Shown one piece after another: positions 1 through 9,056 of a stretch of DNA of 64,000 nt. Below the pieces are notes generated by a model. The model made no database searches. It was not told the DNA's origin and saw nothing but the letters and a program-made list of their open reading frames with translations. The translations under genes and the position numbers were made by a program. Source of the stretch: a virus (Duplodnaviria; Caudoviricetes); the IMG/VR virus record IMGVR_UViG_3300031555_002578; one strand, written 5' to 3'. Each line of letters opens with the position of its first letter. Positions within the stretch are counted from its first letter, which is position 1.

Positions 1-296
1 TCTTTCAGTTCAGTTTCACTATAGTCATTAGTATAATCGTATGTTTCACCCATACATGGAATATAAGCAATTCCTTCTCTGTCTACTGCTTTACAAATAA
101 TATCTCTAATTTCCTCAATAGTAATTTTAGATTCATCCAAAACAATATCAATGCCAAAAGACTTGTATCTTACATCCCTTCTTTTTACTTTTTCTTTGCA
201 GTTGTCATTAGAAGGACAAATTTCATTTTCTCCACTATAAGTACAACTACCATATTCTCTTAATTCACAATCTTCATTAGTGCAAACAATTCTCAT
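1..296 (-). CDS. hypothetical protein, runs off window edge (Cys-rich N-terminus)
   Basis: ATG at 296 with AGAAGGGTG SD; open frame MRIVCTNEDCELRENGSC... to position 1. Confidence 0.7.
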   Translation of the reverse strand, partial: MRIVCTNEDCELREYGSCTYSGENEICPSNDNCKEKVKRRDVRYKSFGIDIVLDESKITIEEIRDIICKAVDREGIAYIPCMGETYDYTNDYSETELK

Positions 297-314
297 AGAC
301 ACCCTTCTTTCTTA

Positions 315-620
315 TTACCAAAGATTCTCTCCAAGCACAGAGAAGTTACAACCTCTACTGTTCCCATCAATAGGAATCCATCTTTCAGTTCTTCCACCCA
401 CACAAAGTACCATATATTCTCTAATATCAGTGGGATGTGCTTTATAACTCATTACTTTGTATTCAACTTTATCCCAACCACAATTAGCCATTACAACTGC
501 ATCAGAAAGAACATCAATATATTTCTTTTGTTCAAACATTCTACTTGTCCAGTCACTTTCTGGTACTTCATTAAAGTGTTCACGAATTTCAAAATTGTAA
601 TTGTAATTCTTCATTATCAT
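315..620 (-). CDS. hypothetical phage protein
   Basis: ORF track; AAGGAG SD; coupled to upstream ORF. Confidence 0.8.
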   Translation of the reverse strand: MIMKNYNYNFEIREHFNEVPESDWTSRMFEQKKYIDVLSDAVVMANCGWDKVEYKVMSYKAHPTDIREYMVLCVGGRTERWIPIDGNSRGCNFSVLGENLW

Positions 621-871
621 TCTCCTTTTAAAAGTTCAATCTTTCTATTATCAAACCAATTCTGCTTTACGCAAATTGTAATAAATGTTTCTTCTTTCTT
701 TTCATCATACATTCTATAGTTTCTAAATGTTTCAATATCTTTTTTACATTTTTCAAGTGTTTCTCTTGTGGCTCTTAATTTAAAGATACCATCATCACCT
801 ACACTTTCTAAAATCCAAGTAGAAATTAATCCTAGTCTATCTACCGCTTTAAACTCCTGTCCGATATTCAT
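617..871 (-). CDS. hypothetical phage protein
   Basis: AAAGGAG SD, directly downstream of promoter 894-922. Confidence 0.8.
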   Translation of the reverse strand: MNIGQEFKAVDRLGLISTWILESVGDDGIFKLRATRETLEKCKKDIETFRNYRMYDEKKEETFITICVKQNWFDNRKIELLKGE

Positions 872-971
872 TTATATCTCCTTTCTTATCTTAATTATAT
901 CACTTATAACTGATATTGTCAACTGTTTTTCCTTAATTTTTTAAGATTTTCCTTAACTTTATTTTCTAAAG

Positions 972-1000
972 ATAAGCACTGTCATGGACAATGCTTTCTT
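972..1000 (-). terminator. hairpin after XRE gene
   Basis: AAGCACTGTC-ATG-GACAATGCTT inverted repeat. Confidence 0.55.
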
Positions 1001-1223
1001 ATTCTACTTTATTTCCGTCTGGAAAATAGAATCCAGAACGATATTCACAACCACAAGCCTTTGCAATCTTTTCAAAATCATCGTCAGAAAATTTACCTGT
1101 TTTCATACGCTGATTCCATGCTTGGGGAGTAGTGCCAATTTTCTTTGCTAGTTCAGACTGTGTAAGTCCTGCGATAGCACACGCCATATCAATTTTAAAC
1201 TGAATCCTAATTATAGTATTCAC
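999..1223 (-). CDS. XRE-family helix-turn-helix regulator
   Basis: GLTQSELAKKIGTTPQAWNQRMKTGKF HTH_3-like motif; own promoter 1246-1274. Confidence 0.85.
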   Translation of the reverse strand: MNTIIRIQFKIDMACAIAGLTQSELAKKIGTTPQAWNQRMKTGKFSDDDFEKIAKACGCEYRSGFYFPDGNKVE

Positions 1224-1259
1224 CCTCTTTCAATAATTTACCTTTATTATAACACTAAT

Positions 1260-1577
1260 TTATTTGTTATACAAGTGATAATTTTCTCTATACCATTCAT
1301 CATTCTGCAATCTTTTATTATGAGTATCCATACTTCTTGTATATTTTTCTGCTTTTTTATACGTTTCTTCTTTAGAAATTAGATAAAAATTTAATCCACT
1401 TGTTCCCCACATATCTGCAACTTCTTTGTTATGACAAATCTTTACTACATTATATGGGATATGTAAGCACCAATCATTATTATAATCAGTACCAATAATG
1501 ACTTTGATACCATATTTATTTACAATCTCTTTTACTTGATGAAAGCCAAGTTCTTCAAATTGCTTCATATATATCAC
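1260..1577 (-). CDS. hypothetical phage protein
   Basis: ORF track, SD AAGGCGAG. Confidence 0.75.
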   Translation of the reverse strand: MIYMKQFEELGFHQVKEIVNKYGIKVIIGTDYNNDWCLHIPYNVVKICHNKEVADMWGTSGLNFYLISKEETYKKAEKYTRSMDTHNKRLQNDEWYRENYHLYNK

Positions 1578-1786
1578 TCGCCTTTATGCCATTTCAAACC
1601 TCTAACATCATAAAGTGGAATCCAATGACTTTCATAAAAATCATATCCTGCACCATCAATGCCAAAGAAATAACCAAACTCATAAGATTCGTAAATTCTA
1701 AACCCACATTCAGCCATCTTATCCAGATTGTTTTCAATCCACCAATCATCACAACTATCGTCAAACTGCCACAGAGTTCCCCACAT
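1574..1786 (-). CDS. hypothetical phage protein, possibly a 5'-truncated remnant
   Basis: Protein-like GIDGAGYDFYESHWIPLY motif but no clear SD. Confidence 0.6.
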   Translation of the reverse strand: MWGTLWQFDDSCDDWWIENNLDKMAECGFRIYESYEFGYFFGIDGAGYDFYESHWIPLYDVRGLKWHKGE

Positions 1787-1816
1787 AGGAAGAAAATCAC
1801 TCTTTCATGGCTATTT

Positions 1817-2605
1817 CTACCAGTTGTGTTTCTTTTTAAGTGCTTCCCATTCCAACCAATTAATGTCATTTTCTTCTTCGTAAGATGGAAACCAATAATT
1901 CATCTTTTCGTCATAATAAGTTTGTTCATCTTCTTTCCACTCTCTCACATAAATGCAACACTCATTAATCATTATATCCCAAGAATCTATTTGTTCATCT
2001 GTGGGGTGTGGCACTCCGTCTTTATCAACTTCCCAAGTATATTGTTCATCACATATCCACTCTACCAATGTATTAATTGCATCATCTTTGGCATCTTCAA
2101 AATTATCAAATTCATTTACACCATCAGAACATCCAAAATCATAAACCACTTGATATCTCTTATGTGTAATAATTGGTTCTGGTTGCTCATTACCAATAGA
2201 CTGAAGTTCAGCAGCAATTACCCAAACAGGAAAAGGGAAAGTACATTTGTTATCTGCTTTATACCTTTCTAAATCTTCACAAGCATCCTTATAACCATTG
2301 TTACTTAAACAATTACTATCTTTATAGCAATCTAATTTACAACCACAACTATCAAGCAATTGTATAGCCCATTCTCTCAACGTATATTCACAAGGTTTCA
2401 TTTCTTTTACAACCCATGTAATTCCATATTCTCTCCATAGAAATTTTTTCTCACTTCCATTGGATGTATATGTATGAATACTTAACTGTGTATGGGTTTT
2501 ATATCTAAAATCTTCTGTTTTGGTTTTACTTCTGTATATCCTTTCTATTGTCCAAATTTCGTCATCGTGACTACCATATAATTTTCTAATATCTAACCCT
2601 TTCAT
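1817..2605 (-). CDS. hypothetical acidic phage protein
   Basis: 262 aa ORF, AGGAGG SD. Confidence 0.85.
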   Translation of the reverse strand: MKGLDIRKLYGSHDDEIWTIERIYRSKTKTEDFRYKTHTQLSIHTYTSNGSEKKFLWREYGITWVVKEMKPCEYTLREWAIQLLDSCGCKLDCYKDSNCLSNNGYKDACEDLERYKADNKCTFPFPVWVIAAELQSIGNEQPEPIITHKRYQVVYDFGCSDGVNEFDNFEDAKDDAINTLVEWICDEQYTWEVDKDGVPHPTDEQIDSWDIMINECCIYVREWKEDEQTYYDEKMNYWFPSYEEENDINWLEWEALKKKHNW

Positions 2606-2649
2606 ATCTAAAAACCTCCTTATAGAATCGTCATTTTATTATATCATTT

Positions 2650-3150
2650 TTAACAATCCCATTCTTCAAAACTCCAACCCATATTGCTTTCAATATCTTC
2701 AACATCGTTTTCCATCCATCTTCTATAGAAACCAATATGTTTCATTGATACATGGGTATCTGTGTAGTTAAGAAAATAATCCATATCGTCTTCTGGATTT
2801 AAAATACCACTATCAAGCAATTCTAAATCTGCAATAAGTTCTTTATGTTCTTCACAATCTTCCAATTCTTCAATAGTCATTTCGCCACTATCAACAAATT
2901 CTGTTTTTTCATTTTCCAGTGCTTCTAAAATATTATCTCTAATATCATCTTTCTGCTCTGTAAATGCGTAAGATAAATTTCTTGCACCTGTATAAAATAC
3001 ACCACGGAAGATACTGTTTAAACTTAAATCATTATTATCAATACAATCTTGAATAATATCATCCAAATCATATTTAATATCTTCTAACAACTCAAGGTCG
3101 CAATAACCACAATTTAAAATTTTAGTCAATACTGCCTGTTGTGTTGTCAT
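2650..3150 (-). CDS. hypothetical acidic protein (paralog of 3468-3842)
   Basis: GAGGTG SD before ATG 3150; shares L.CG..D and N..DTH motifs with neighbour. Confidence 0.8.
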   Translation of the reverse strand: MTTQQAVLTKILNCGYCDLELLEDIKYDLDDIIQDCIDNNDLSLNSIFRGVFYTGARNLSYAFTEQKDDIRDNILEALENEKTEFVDSGEMTIEELEDCEEHKELIADLELLDSGILNPEDDMDYFLNYTDTHVSMKHIGFYRRWMENDVEDIESNMGWSFEEWDC

Positions 3151-3169
3151 AATTTCCACCTCGTTTTCC

Positions 3170-3333
3170 TCATGAAATTGTGCTATTTTTATTTCTATTG
3201 ATTCCTTCATCAATTACTTCTTTTGCCATTTTTAATGTTCTGGCATAACCAAATGAATCATCTTTTGCGATAATCCAAGAAGATTTCTTCTTTTTAGTTA
3301 AGGTATAACCTTTATATTCAATAACTGTTCCAT
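3170..3333 (-). pseudogene. small phage gene frameshifted in an A-run
   Basis: METVIEYKGYTLTKK continues in another frame as SSWIIAKDDSFGYARTLKMAKEVIDEG if one A is removed near 3291-3296; first gene after promoter 3390-3418. Confidence 0.5.
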
Positions 3334-3467
3334 TTTTAATATGTCCCACTACCTTTCACCTCATTTTCTAACTTCCTTTACCTACTTATATTATACAGTA
3401 TTTTCTTTATTTTGTCAAGGTTTTCCTTAATTATTTTTACAAAAAAATATTTCACTCTAACCAACTA

Positions 3468-3842
3468 TTAAAATTCGTCAACACATTTATTGAAAAGAAT
3501 TGCCATTTCTTCAATAATACTTTCGTCTAAACCTTCTCTTGCGTAAATATGAGTGTCAAGACAACAGTTAGTATAAATATCTACATCAACACCAACTTCT
3601 AAATTATGTTTACTTGCAAAGATAAACATTGCTTCTCTATATACATTATTCCAATCTGGCAAATTACCAAATTCTTCAACCCACATTTTAATAATTTCAC
3701 CAACTTCAATATTGTTTTCAGAATCAAACATTTCTTCAATGTCCCATACACCACAACTTAGAATGTCAGACAACACATTTACCATTGCATTATATCTGGA
3801 TTCCATTTCTGTGAATTTATCTCTATCTCTTAATCCGTACAT
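3468..3842 (-). CDS. hypothetical acidic protein (paralog of 2650-3150)
   Basis: GAGGTG SD; ILSCGVWDI...YTNCCLDTHIY. Confidence 0.8.
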   Translation of the reverse strand: MYGLRDRDKFTEMESRYNAMVNVLSDILSCGVWDIEEMFDSENNIEVGEIIKMWVEEFGNLPDWNNVYREAMFIFASKHNLEVGVDVDIYTNCCLDTHIYAREGLDESIIEEMAILFNKCVDEF

Positions 3843-3874
3843 AACTTTCACCTCATTAAATCGTTTTCATTTTA

Positions 3875-4216
3875 TTAAAATTCATTGTCATTTTCAATAT
3901 CACTGTGGTACATAGCAATCAATTCTTCACTTTCTAACAAACTATACATATATTCTTTATCATGATATTCCATCTCGCAAAATTCTTCATAACATACATA
4001 CAACGTACCACTATAGCCATTATCCCAAATCCATTCTTCAAATGCATCAATCTCAAAATCGTTATCAATACATTCTTTTCTATATTCAAGGTATTCTCTT
4101 TTTGTTTTTACTCTTTGGTATGTTGTTGTATATTTTCCAATCCAATCTTCTTTATATAATTCATAAGCAATTTCACTAATATCCATTTCACTAATACCAA
4201 GTTCAATATTTGTCAT
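3875..4216 (-). CDS. hypothetical acidic phage protein
   Basis: GAGGTG SD; YVCYEEF motif. Confidence 0.8.
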   Translation of the reverse strand: MTNIELGISEMDISEIAYELYKEDWIGKYTTTYQRVKTKREYLEYRKECIDNDFEIDAFEEWIWDNGYSGTLYVCYEEFCEMEYHDKEYMYSLLESEELIAMYHSDIENDNEF

Positions 4217-4234
4217 ATTTATCACCTCATAAAA

Positions 4235-4558
4235 TTATTCTTGCAGATTTTCTTTTACAAAGTCTACATCAAGAGTTGGTCTATTTTCACCATTACATTT
4301 TAGGATAACTTCATCACCCCAATTTAATCTTCCATAGTAATTCAAAGGCTGATTACAAAGGATTGCTGTAATCTTGCCAGTATAATTATCATCATGATAT
4401 TTTTCATAATCTTCTGGAGTAACCCAACCCCAAACACCTTCACCATTTTTAGAGTAAATATCTTCTTCGTCTGGAATATTAAATTTAATTGTACCTGCAT
4501 TAAACTGTTTTTCATCCAGAGATTCAATAAACTTCCCTTTGTTAATGATTTTGCCCAT
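4235..4558 (-). CDS. hypothetical phage protein
   Basis: AAGGAG SD after promoter 4596-4624; GEGVWGW motif. Confidence 0.8.
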   Translation of the reverse strand: MGKIINKGKFIESLDEKQFNAGTIKFNIPDEEDIYSKNGEGVWGWVTPEDYEKYHDDNYTGKITAILCNQPLNYYGRLNWGDEVILKCNGENRPTLDVDFVKENLQE

Positions 4559-4651
4559 ATTCAGCACTCCTTTTATATCTCTTTTACTTACTTATATTAT
4601 ACAGGATTTCCTTTATTTTGTCAAGGGTTTTCTTTAATCTTTTTCAAAAAA

Positions 4652-4921
4652 TTATTTAATAAAAACAAAATAGTTTCTACCAAAATAATATTCCTTATTA
4701 TTTTCCCAATCATAGTTTGTAATTGGTGTAATAGACCAAGCACAATCATATCCATTTTCTTTCATATCATTTTCTAAAAATACATCCATTTCTTCTAAAG
4801 AAGGATACACATTAGATATTACAACTACGATACAAAATTGTTCATAGTCTGGAAGTCTTTCCTCTTTATGCATCCTTCCATATTCTATTTCATACGCATT
4901 AAATTCTTTAAATTTATTCAT
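4652..4921 (-). CDS. hypothetical phage protein
   Basis: GAAAGGA SD. Confidence 0.75.
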   Translation of the reverse strand: MNKFKEFNAYEIEYGRMHKEERLPDYEQFCIVVVISNVYPSLEEMDVFLENDMKENGYDCAWSITPITNYDWENNKEYYFGRNYFVFIK

Positions 4922-4942
4922 ATTAAAATTCCTTTCTAATTG

Positions 4943-5062
4943 TTACCACCAATCCCAATATTCATCAAAAAGATAGAATGTATCTTCATAACATTCACAA
5001 GCATATTCACAATATAAACACCATTCATCATATTCATCAAAACATCCATAGCATCTTGGCAT
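4943..5062 (-). CDS. 39-aa Cys/acidic/aromatic-rich microprotein
   Basis: GAGGTG SD; MPRCYGCFDEYDEWCLYCEYACECYEDTFYLFDEYWDWW; fills the gap between neighbours; below ORF-track cutoff. Confidence 0.7.
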   Translation of the reverse strand: MPRCYGCFDEYDEWCLYCEYACECYEDTFYLFDEYWDWW

Positions 5063-5077
5063 AAACTTCACCTCTTA

Positions 5078-5422
5078 TTACATCCGACTAATTACATCCA
5101 TGTCAATTTGTTTCTGCAAATAACTTTCAAATTCTTCCAGTTCCTTTTTACACTTACAACAATCAGAATCACAGTATTCATGAATACTATCAAAATACTC
5201 CTGTTCATCATCATAGTACCAGTCTACCCATTCTCCATCCTCATAGACTTCCAGACCACCTGTATTCACATAGTCTGGTTTCACCTTATTCTGCAACTGG
5301 AACAAATCATAGTACGCCAGTACATCCATTACCTTTTTTCCTTCTTCTGGACTGTTTACAGGCACATAAAATGTCTGTTTGATTCCTAACTGTGGAATCC
5401 ACCATACTCTATATTTACTCAT
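5078..5422 (-). CDS. P22 gp17-like (anti-superinfection-exclusion) protein
   Basis: RVWWIPQ...V.S.EEG...MD.LA.YD.FQ..N.VKPDY.N..GLE...WVDW matches recalled P22 gp17 family pattern. Confidence 0.8.
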   Translation of the reverse strand: MSKYRVWWIPQLGIKQTFYVPVNSPEEGKKVMDVLAYYDLFQLQNKVKPDYVNTGGLEVYEDGEWVDWYYDDEQEYFDSIHEYCDSDCCKCKKELEEFESYLQKQIDMDVISRM

Positions 5423-5439
5423 TCAAATCATTCTCCTTA

Positions 5440-5982
5440 TTAGCCACATTCATGTTCTACAAATGTAATTGTCTTAAAATTGTGTTCATTCAGTTCAATT
5501 TCTTTTGCAAATTCATTATCAAATCTAACTTTAATAGTTTTAGGAAAATACTCAAATTCCTGCTCTTTTTCCCATTCAAGACATTTTTTAAAAGATTCCC
5601 AATCATGATTTTCAATAATTTTATCAATCTCATTCATTCTATAACGAATTTCTGGATGTATATGATGAAACCATACATAAGAAATTTCCATGTTATCAAC
5701 AGTATCAATCAAATCATAGTAAGAACAATCCCAAGTATATCCATCACTATATTCTTTAACAATTACAATGTCGTGTTCTTCATTGTCTGTGTAAATATAA
5801 TATCTATTCCAATAATTTTCTGCAATTTCATGTTCATATCTATTCGCTTCGTTAAGTTCATTCAAAGCAAATTCATACATCCTTTTCATTACATCAGTTT
5901 TAAGGCTATATTTTTTTTCACAATAGATAATTTTTTCTGTAAATCCATTAACTGTGTGGTCTGTCTTTTTAATTTTCCACAT
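5440..5982 (-). CDS. hypothetical phage protein
   Basis: AAGGAG SD. Confidence 0.8.
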   Translation of the reverse strand: MWKIKKTDHTVNGFTEKIIYCEKKYSLKTDVMKRMYEFALNELNEANRYEHEIAENYWNRYYIYTDNEEHDIVIVKEYSDGYTWDCSYYDLIDTVDNMEISYVWFHHIHPEIRYRMNEIDKIIENHDWESFKKCLEWEKEQEFEYFPKTIKVRFDNEFAKEIELNEHNFKTITFVEHECG

Positions 5983-5996
5983 ATAACCATTCTCCT

Positions 5997-6380
5997 TTAA
6001 ACACTTGCTTTTCTTTCTTTGATTCGTCTATAATTCTTAGGATTATCAAAATACTCAACAAGACTTTCATTGATTTCAAAAATATGGTCAACAACATCTT
6101 CAAAAGAATCTTCAACATAAAATTCTCTATATGCTTTATCAAAATAATCATATACTTCATCATCCACACTAGTATAATCATCTTTGATTTTTACAACAAC
6201 AAGAATACTTGCAATATCTTCATTTGAATATGTATTTACTTTATAAAAGAAATCTCCTTCTTCATTGTAATTGACTACTCCATTTTCATAATCAATCTTT
6301 CCTTCGTCAATGTTTTCATCAACTAAATTCTGATACAAATAATCAATGAAAAATTTATTAAGTTTAATTCCCATATTCAT
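5997..6380 (-). CDS. hypothetical acidic phage protein
   Basis: AAGGAG SD. Confidence 0.8.
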   Translation of the reverse strand: MNMGIKLNKFFIDYLYQNLVDENIDEGKIDYENGVVNYNEEGDFFYKVNTYSNEDIASILVVVKIKDDYTSVDDEVYDYFDKAYREFYVEDSFEDVVDHIFEINESLVEYFDNPKNYRRIKERKASV

Positions 6381-6386
6381 TCTCCT

Positions 6387-6641
6387 TTAACAAGCGTGTC
6401 TATCTGTATACTCAATAATATTGTTCATAGCATTTTCAATATCTTCAATTTCTGTTTCCAATTCATAAATCATATCAGCATATTTATCCCATCTTACTTC
6501 TTCCGTAGGTGTCATATCCCTACCCTGTTCGTCTGCGTGTTCTTCAATTTTTTCCTGTTTTTCTTCCAGTTCTTCAATTTTATCTTTCAATTTTTCAACT
6601 ACATTTTCTAAACTTTCAAACTGTCTATTTAATTTAATCAT
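6387..6641 (-). CDS. hypothetical coiled-coil acidic protein
   Basis: AAAGGAG SD after promoter 6681-6709. Confidence 0.8.
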   Translation of the reverse strand: MIKLNRQFESLENVVEKLKDKIEELEEKQEKIEEHADEQGRDMTPTEEVRWDKYADMIYELETEIEDIENAMNNIIEYTDRHAC

Positions 6642-6745
6642 GGCATTTCTCCTTTCTTGCATTGCCTTATCTTCACTTATAGTATATCATATTATAATCT
6701 TATTGTCAATGCCTTTTCTTTAATTTATTTAAGGTTTTACTTTAT

Positions 6746-7195
6746 TCAATCCTTTCTGTATCTATCTCGTCTATCCAGACACTCCTGCAACCTTACTTCT
6801 TTACCTTTACGCATTGTATTATCACCTTTTTGGATTCTTGTATTTTTTCCTGCTTCAATTAACTGCTTATCCATACCATTTTTATAGGCTAAATCCTTCA
6901 TCATTTTATGGTATGTTTGAGAAGTAGTCCTTGCATTTGCACACAAACCAAACTTCTTCTTATACTGTTCCATACTCATTTTATGTGATTCTTTTACATG
7001 ACTACCAAGCCTTTTATATGCTCTGCCACAAATATGACATACAACATATCCTCTTTCGTCTGTTGCAATTCTGCCCTTCTTAGGCAATGGATTGTCTGTA
7101 CCCCCATCACGATAATATTTAAAACAACCTTGACACATTCCTTTGTATCTCTTATCGTGAATGGTGAGTTCTTTACCACATTTACTGCAATACAT
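6746..7195 (-). CDS. MucR/Ros-type zinc-finger protein with N-terminal zinc ribbon
   Basis: CHICGRAYKRLGSHVKESHKMSMEQYKKKFGL; N-terminal CxxC..CxxC. Confidence 0.75.
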   Translation of the reverse strand: MYCSKCGKELTIHDKRYKGMCQGCFKYYRDGGTDNPLPKKGRIATDERGYVVCHICGRAYKRLGSHVKESHKMSMEQYKKKFGLCANARTTSQTYHKMMKDLAYKNGMDKQLIEAGKNTRIQKGDNTMRKGKEVRLQECLDRRDRYRKD

Positions 7196-7204
7196 TACAT
7201 CACC

Positions 7205-7396
7205 TCAATATCTATATAAACCTCTACTGTCCCTGTCTGCATCTACAATAGATACAATTCTTCTCATTGTTTCCATTGCACTATATTTACCAAAACAATA
7301 TCTGCCATAAATATTGTTGATTTCTCTTTTTGTTTCTTTTGTTAAGTCTGCTTTCATCATATCATTCGCAAATTCTTTCACATATCTCTTATTCAT
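7205..7396 (-). CDS. hypothetical phage protein
   Basis: GAGGTG SD. Confidence 0.75.
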   Translation of the reverse strand: MNKRYVKEFANDMMKADLTKETKREINNIYGRYCFGKYSAMETMRRIVSIVDADRDSRGLYRY

Positions 7397-7408
7397 TCTT
7401 TCACCTCA

Positions 7409-7642
7409 TTATACTCTGCCAATCTGTTTTTCTTTTCTACTATTACTTCTATACTTTGGTTCTGCTTCACTCAAACATCTATCACAATAATATCTCTGTC
7501 CACAATAGTCTACAATGTTCGCACAATCATGGAATTTATAATACACCTCTTTGATTCCATGAGTATATCTTCCATTGGGGATTGCCCATCCGATAATTTT
7601 ATTGCACTCAATACATCTAATTGCTTTACTACCTACCTTCAT
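7409..7642 (-). CDS. hypothetical zinc-finger protein
   Basis: GAGGTG SD before ATG 7642; CIEC and CDRC motifs. Confidence 0.75.
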   Translation of the reverse strand: MKVGSKAIRCIECNKIIGWAIPNGRYTHGIKEVYYKFHDCANIVDYCGQRYYCDRCLSEAEPKYRSNSRKEKQIGRV

Positions 7643-7652
7643 ATATGACACC

Positions 7653-7958
7653 TCAATCCAATACATCAATATAAAATCTAAGTTCTGCACCTTTCAGATT
7701 ATCGTATGCCCATTCATGTGTTGTTCTCCACAATTCATCATACAGTTCTGTATATTTATCATTTCCCTTCTCATAATGTTCCCAAATCTTGTGATTCAGT
7801 ACCATTACCAGTTCCGTCAGATATTTATAATCAGATTTCCATTCATTGAAAGCACGATTATAAATGTCTTTAATTGCATCTACCCCAAACAAATCTGCAA
7901 TAGTAAAGTCCTGCCAAAATGTTGTTGTTACTCTTTCACCTTCATAATACATTCCCAT
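7653..7958 (-). CDS. conserved hypothetical phage protein
   Basis: AAAGGAG SD after promoter 8005-8033; TTFWQDFTIAD motif. Confidence 0.85.
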   Translation of the reverse strand: MGMYYEGERVTTTFWQDFTIADLFGVDAIKDIYNRAFNEWKSDYKYLTELVMVLNHKIWEHYEKGNDKYTELYDELWRTTHEWAYDNLKGAELRFYIDVLD

Positions 7959-8070
7959 ATTTACATTCTCCTTTCCTGTGGTTCATTACCTTATCTTTAA
8001 TTATATTATACAGGAAAACCTTTAAAATGTCAATACCTTTTTTGTGTTTTTTAAAAATTTTCCTTTATAA

Positions 8071-8105
8071 TATAAGGGGATACTGTGTATACAATATCCC
8101 CTATT
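8071..8105 (-). terminator. intrinsic terminator-like hairpin
   Basis: AGGGGATA...TATCCCCT stem after the DGQHR gene. Confidence 0.6.
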
Positions 8106-8108
8106 CCA

Positions 8109-9008
8109 TTACTGTGCTTTAGCCATACCAAATACAGGCTTTACAATCTTTCCATTTTCTTTGCACATATCTGTGAAAAGTTTAACAAGTCTTTCATTTC
8201 TGCTCATATCTCTATAAGAAATAATTGCTGTTGCGGATACATCTTCTGGATTATTATGTTTCAAAAAATCTACCAGATTATTTTCCAGTTCTTTCAGATT
8301 ATTTTTATTCTGATTATACAGTACCTTAAATGCGTTCATAAACTGATAGGAATATGCCTGATAATAAATATTCCAATCACTCTTTTCAATTACTTCAAAC
8401 ACCCATTCCAGACACTCTCTGCCATACTGTCTTACAATATCTCTAGCAACTGTTACAGACTGTAAATGATTCTTGTTCATTTTCTTTTCAACTTTTACAT
8501 TGTGTTTATCACATACATCTTTAATAATTGTATCTGTTTCCTCTCCCCTACAAATATTAGCCTTAAACGTATCATGTGGATTAGGCTTACTACTGTTTGT
8601 ATTACCGTCTACAAAGATTTCTGCTTCTTCTTTTACAGTCAGACCAACATATACTACACAAATCAGAGTGTCAATGCCACGCATAATACACGCTTCTCTA
8701 CGGTGCTGTCCATCAATCACATAGAAATAACCATCATTTCTGTAGTTTACTTTAATTGCATCACATTTGTTTTCATCCCAGTTTCTTGCGATTGCTCTAG
8801 CGTGTTTCATAATGGGTCGCTGATACATTTCTGTATCTACTTTCATCATATTTACAGGAATTTCCAGATAGATTTTATTACCAATCTTCTGTGCATTTTT
8901 GAAAAGTGTAACTGCCAATGCTTTATTTTCTTTATTCAGACTATTTTCTGCGTTCATTTCAACCATTCTGTCCAGTAATGCTTCTTTAGTTCTATTCTTC
9001 ATCATCAT
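8109..9008 (-). CDS. DGQHR / ParB-Srx-like domain protein (DUF6551-like)
   Basis: YQR motif and YVIDGQHR signature; EEAEIF. Confidence 0.8.
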   Translation of the reverse strand: MMMKNRTKEALLDRMVEMNAENSLNKENKALAVTLFKNAQKIGNKIYLEIPVNMMKVDTEMYQRPIMKHARAIARNWDENKCDAIKVNYRNDGYFYVIDGQHRREACIMRGIDTLICVVYVGLTVKEEAEIFVDGNTNSSKPNPHDTFKANICRGEETDTIIKDVCDKHNVKVEKKMNKNHLQSVTVARDIVRQYGRECLEWVFEVIEKSDWNIYYQAYSYQFMNAFKVLYNQNKNNLKELENNLVDFLKHNNPEDVSATAIISYRDMSRNERLVKLFTDMCKENGKIVKPVFGMAKAQ

Positions 9009-9056
9009 AATTGTATCTCCCTTTCAAATCGTTAAACTATACCTACTTAATATGTT

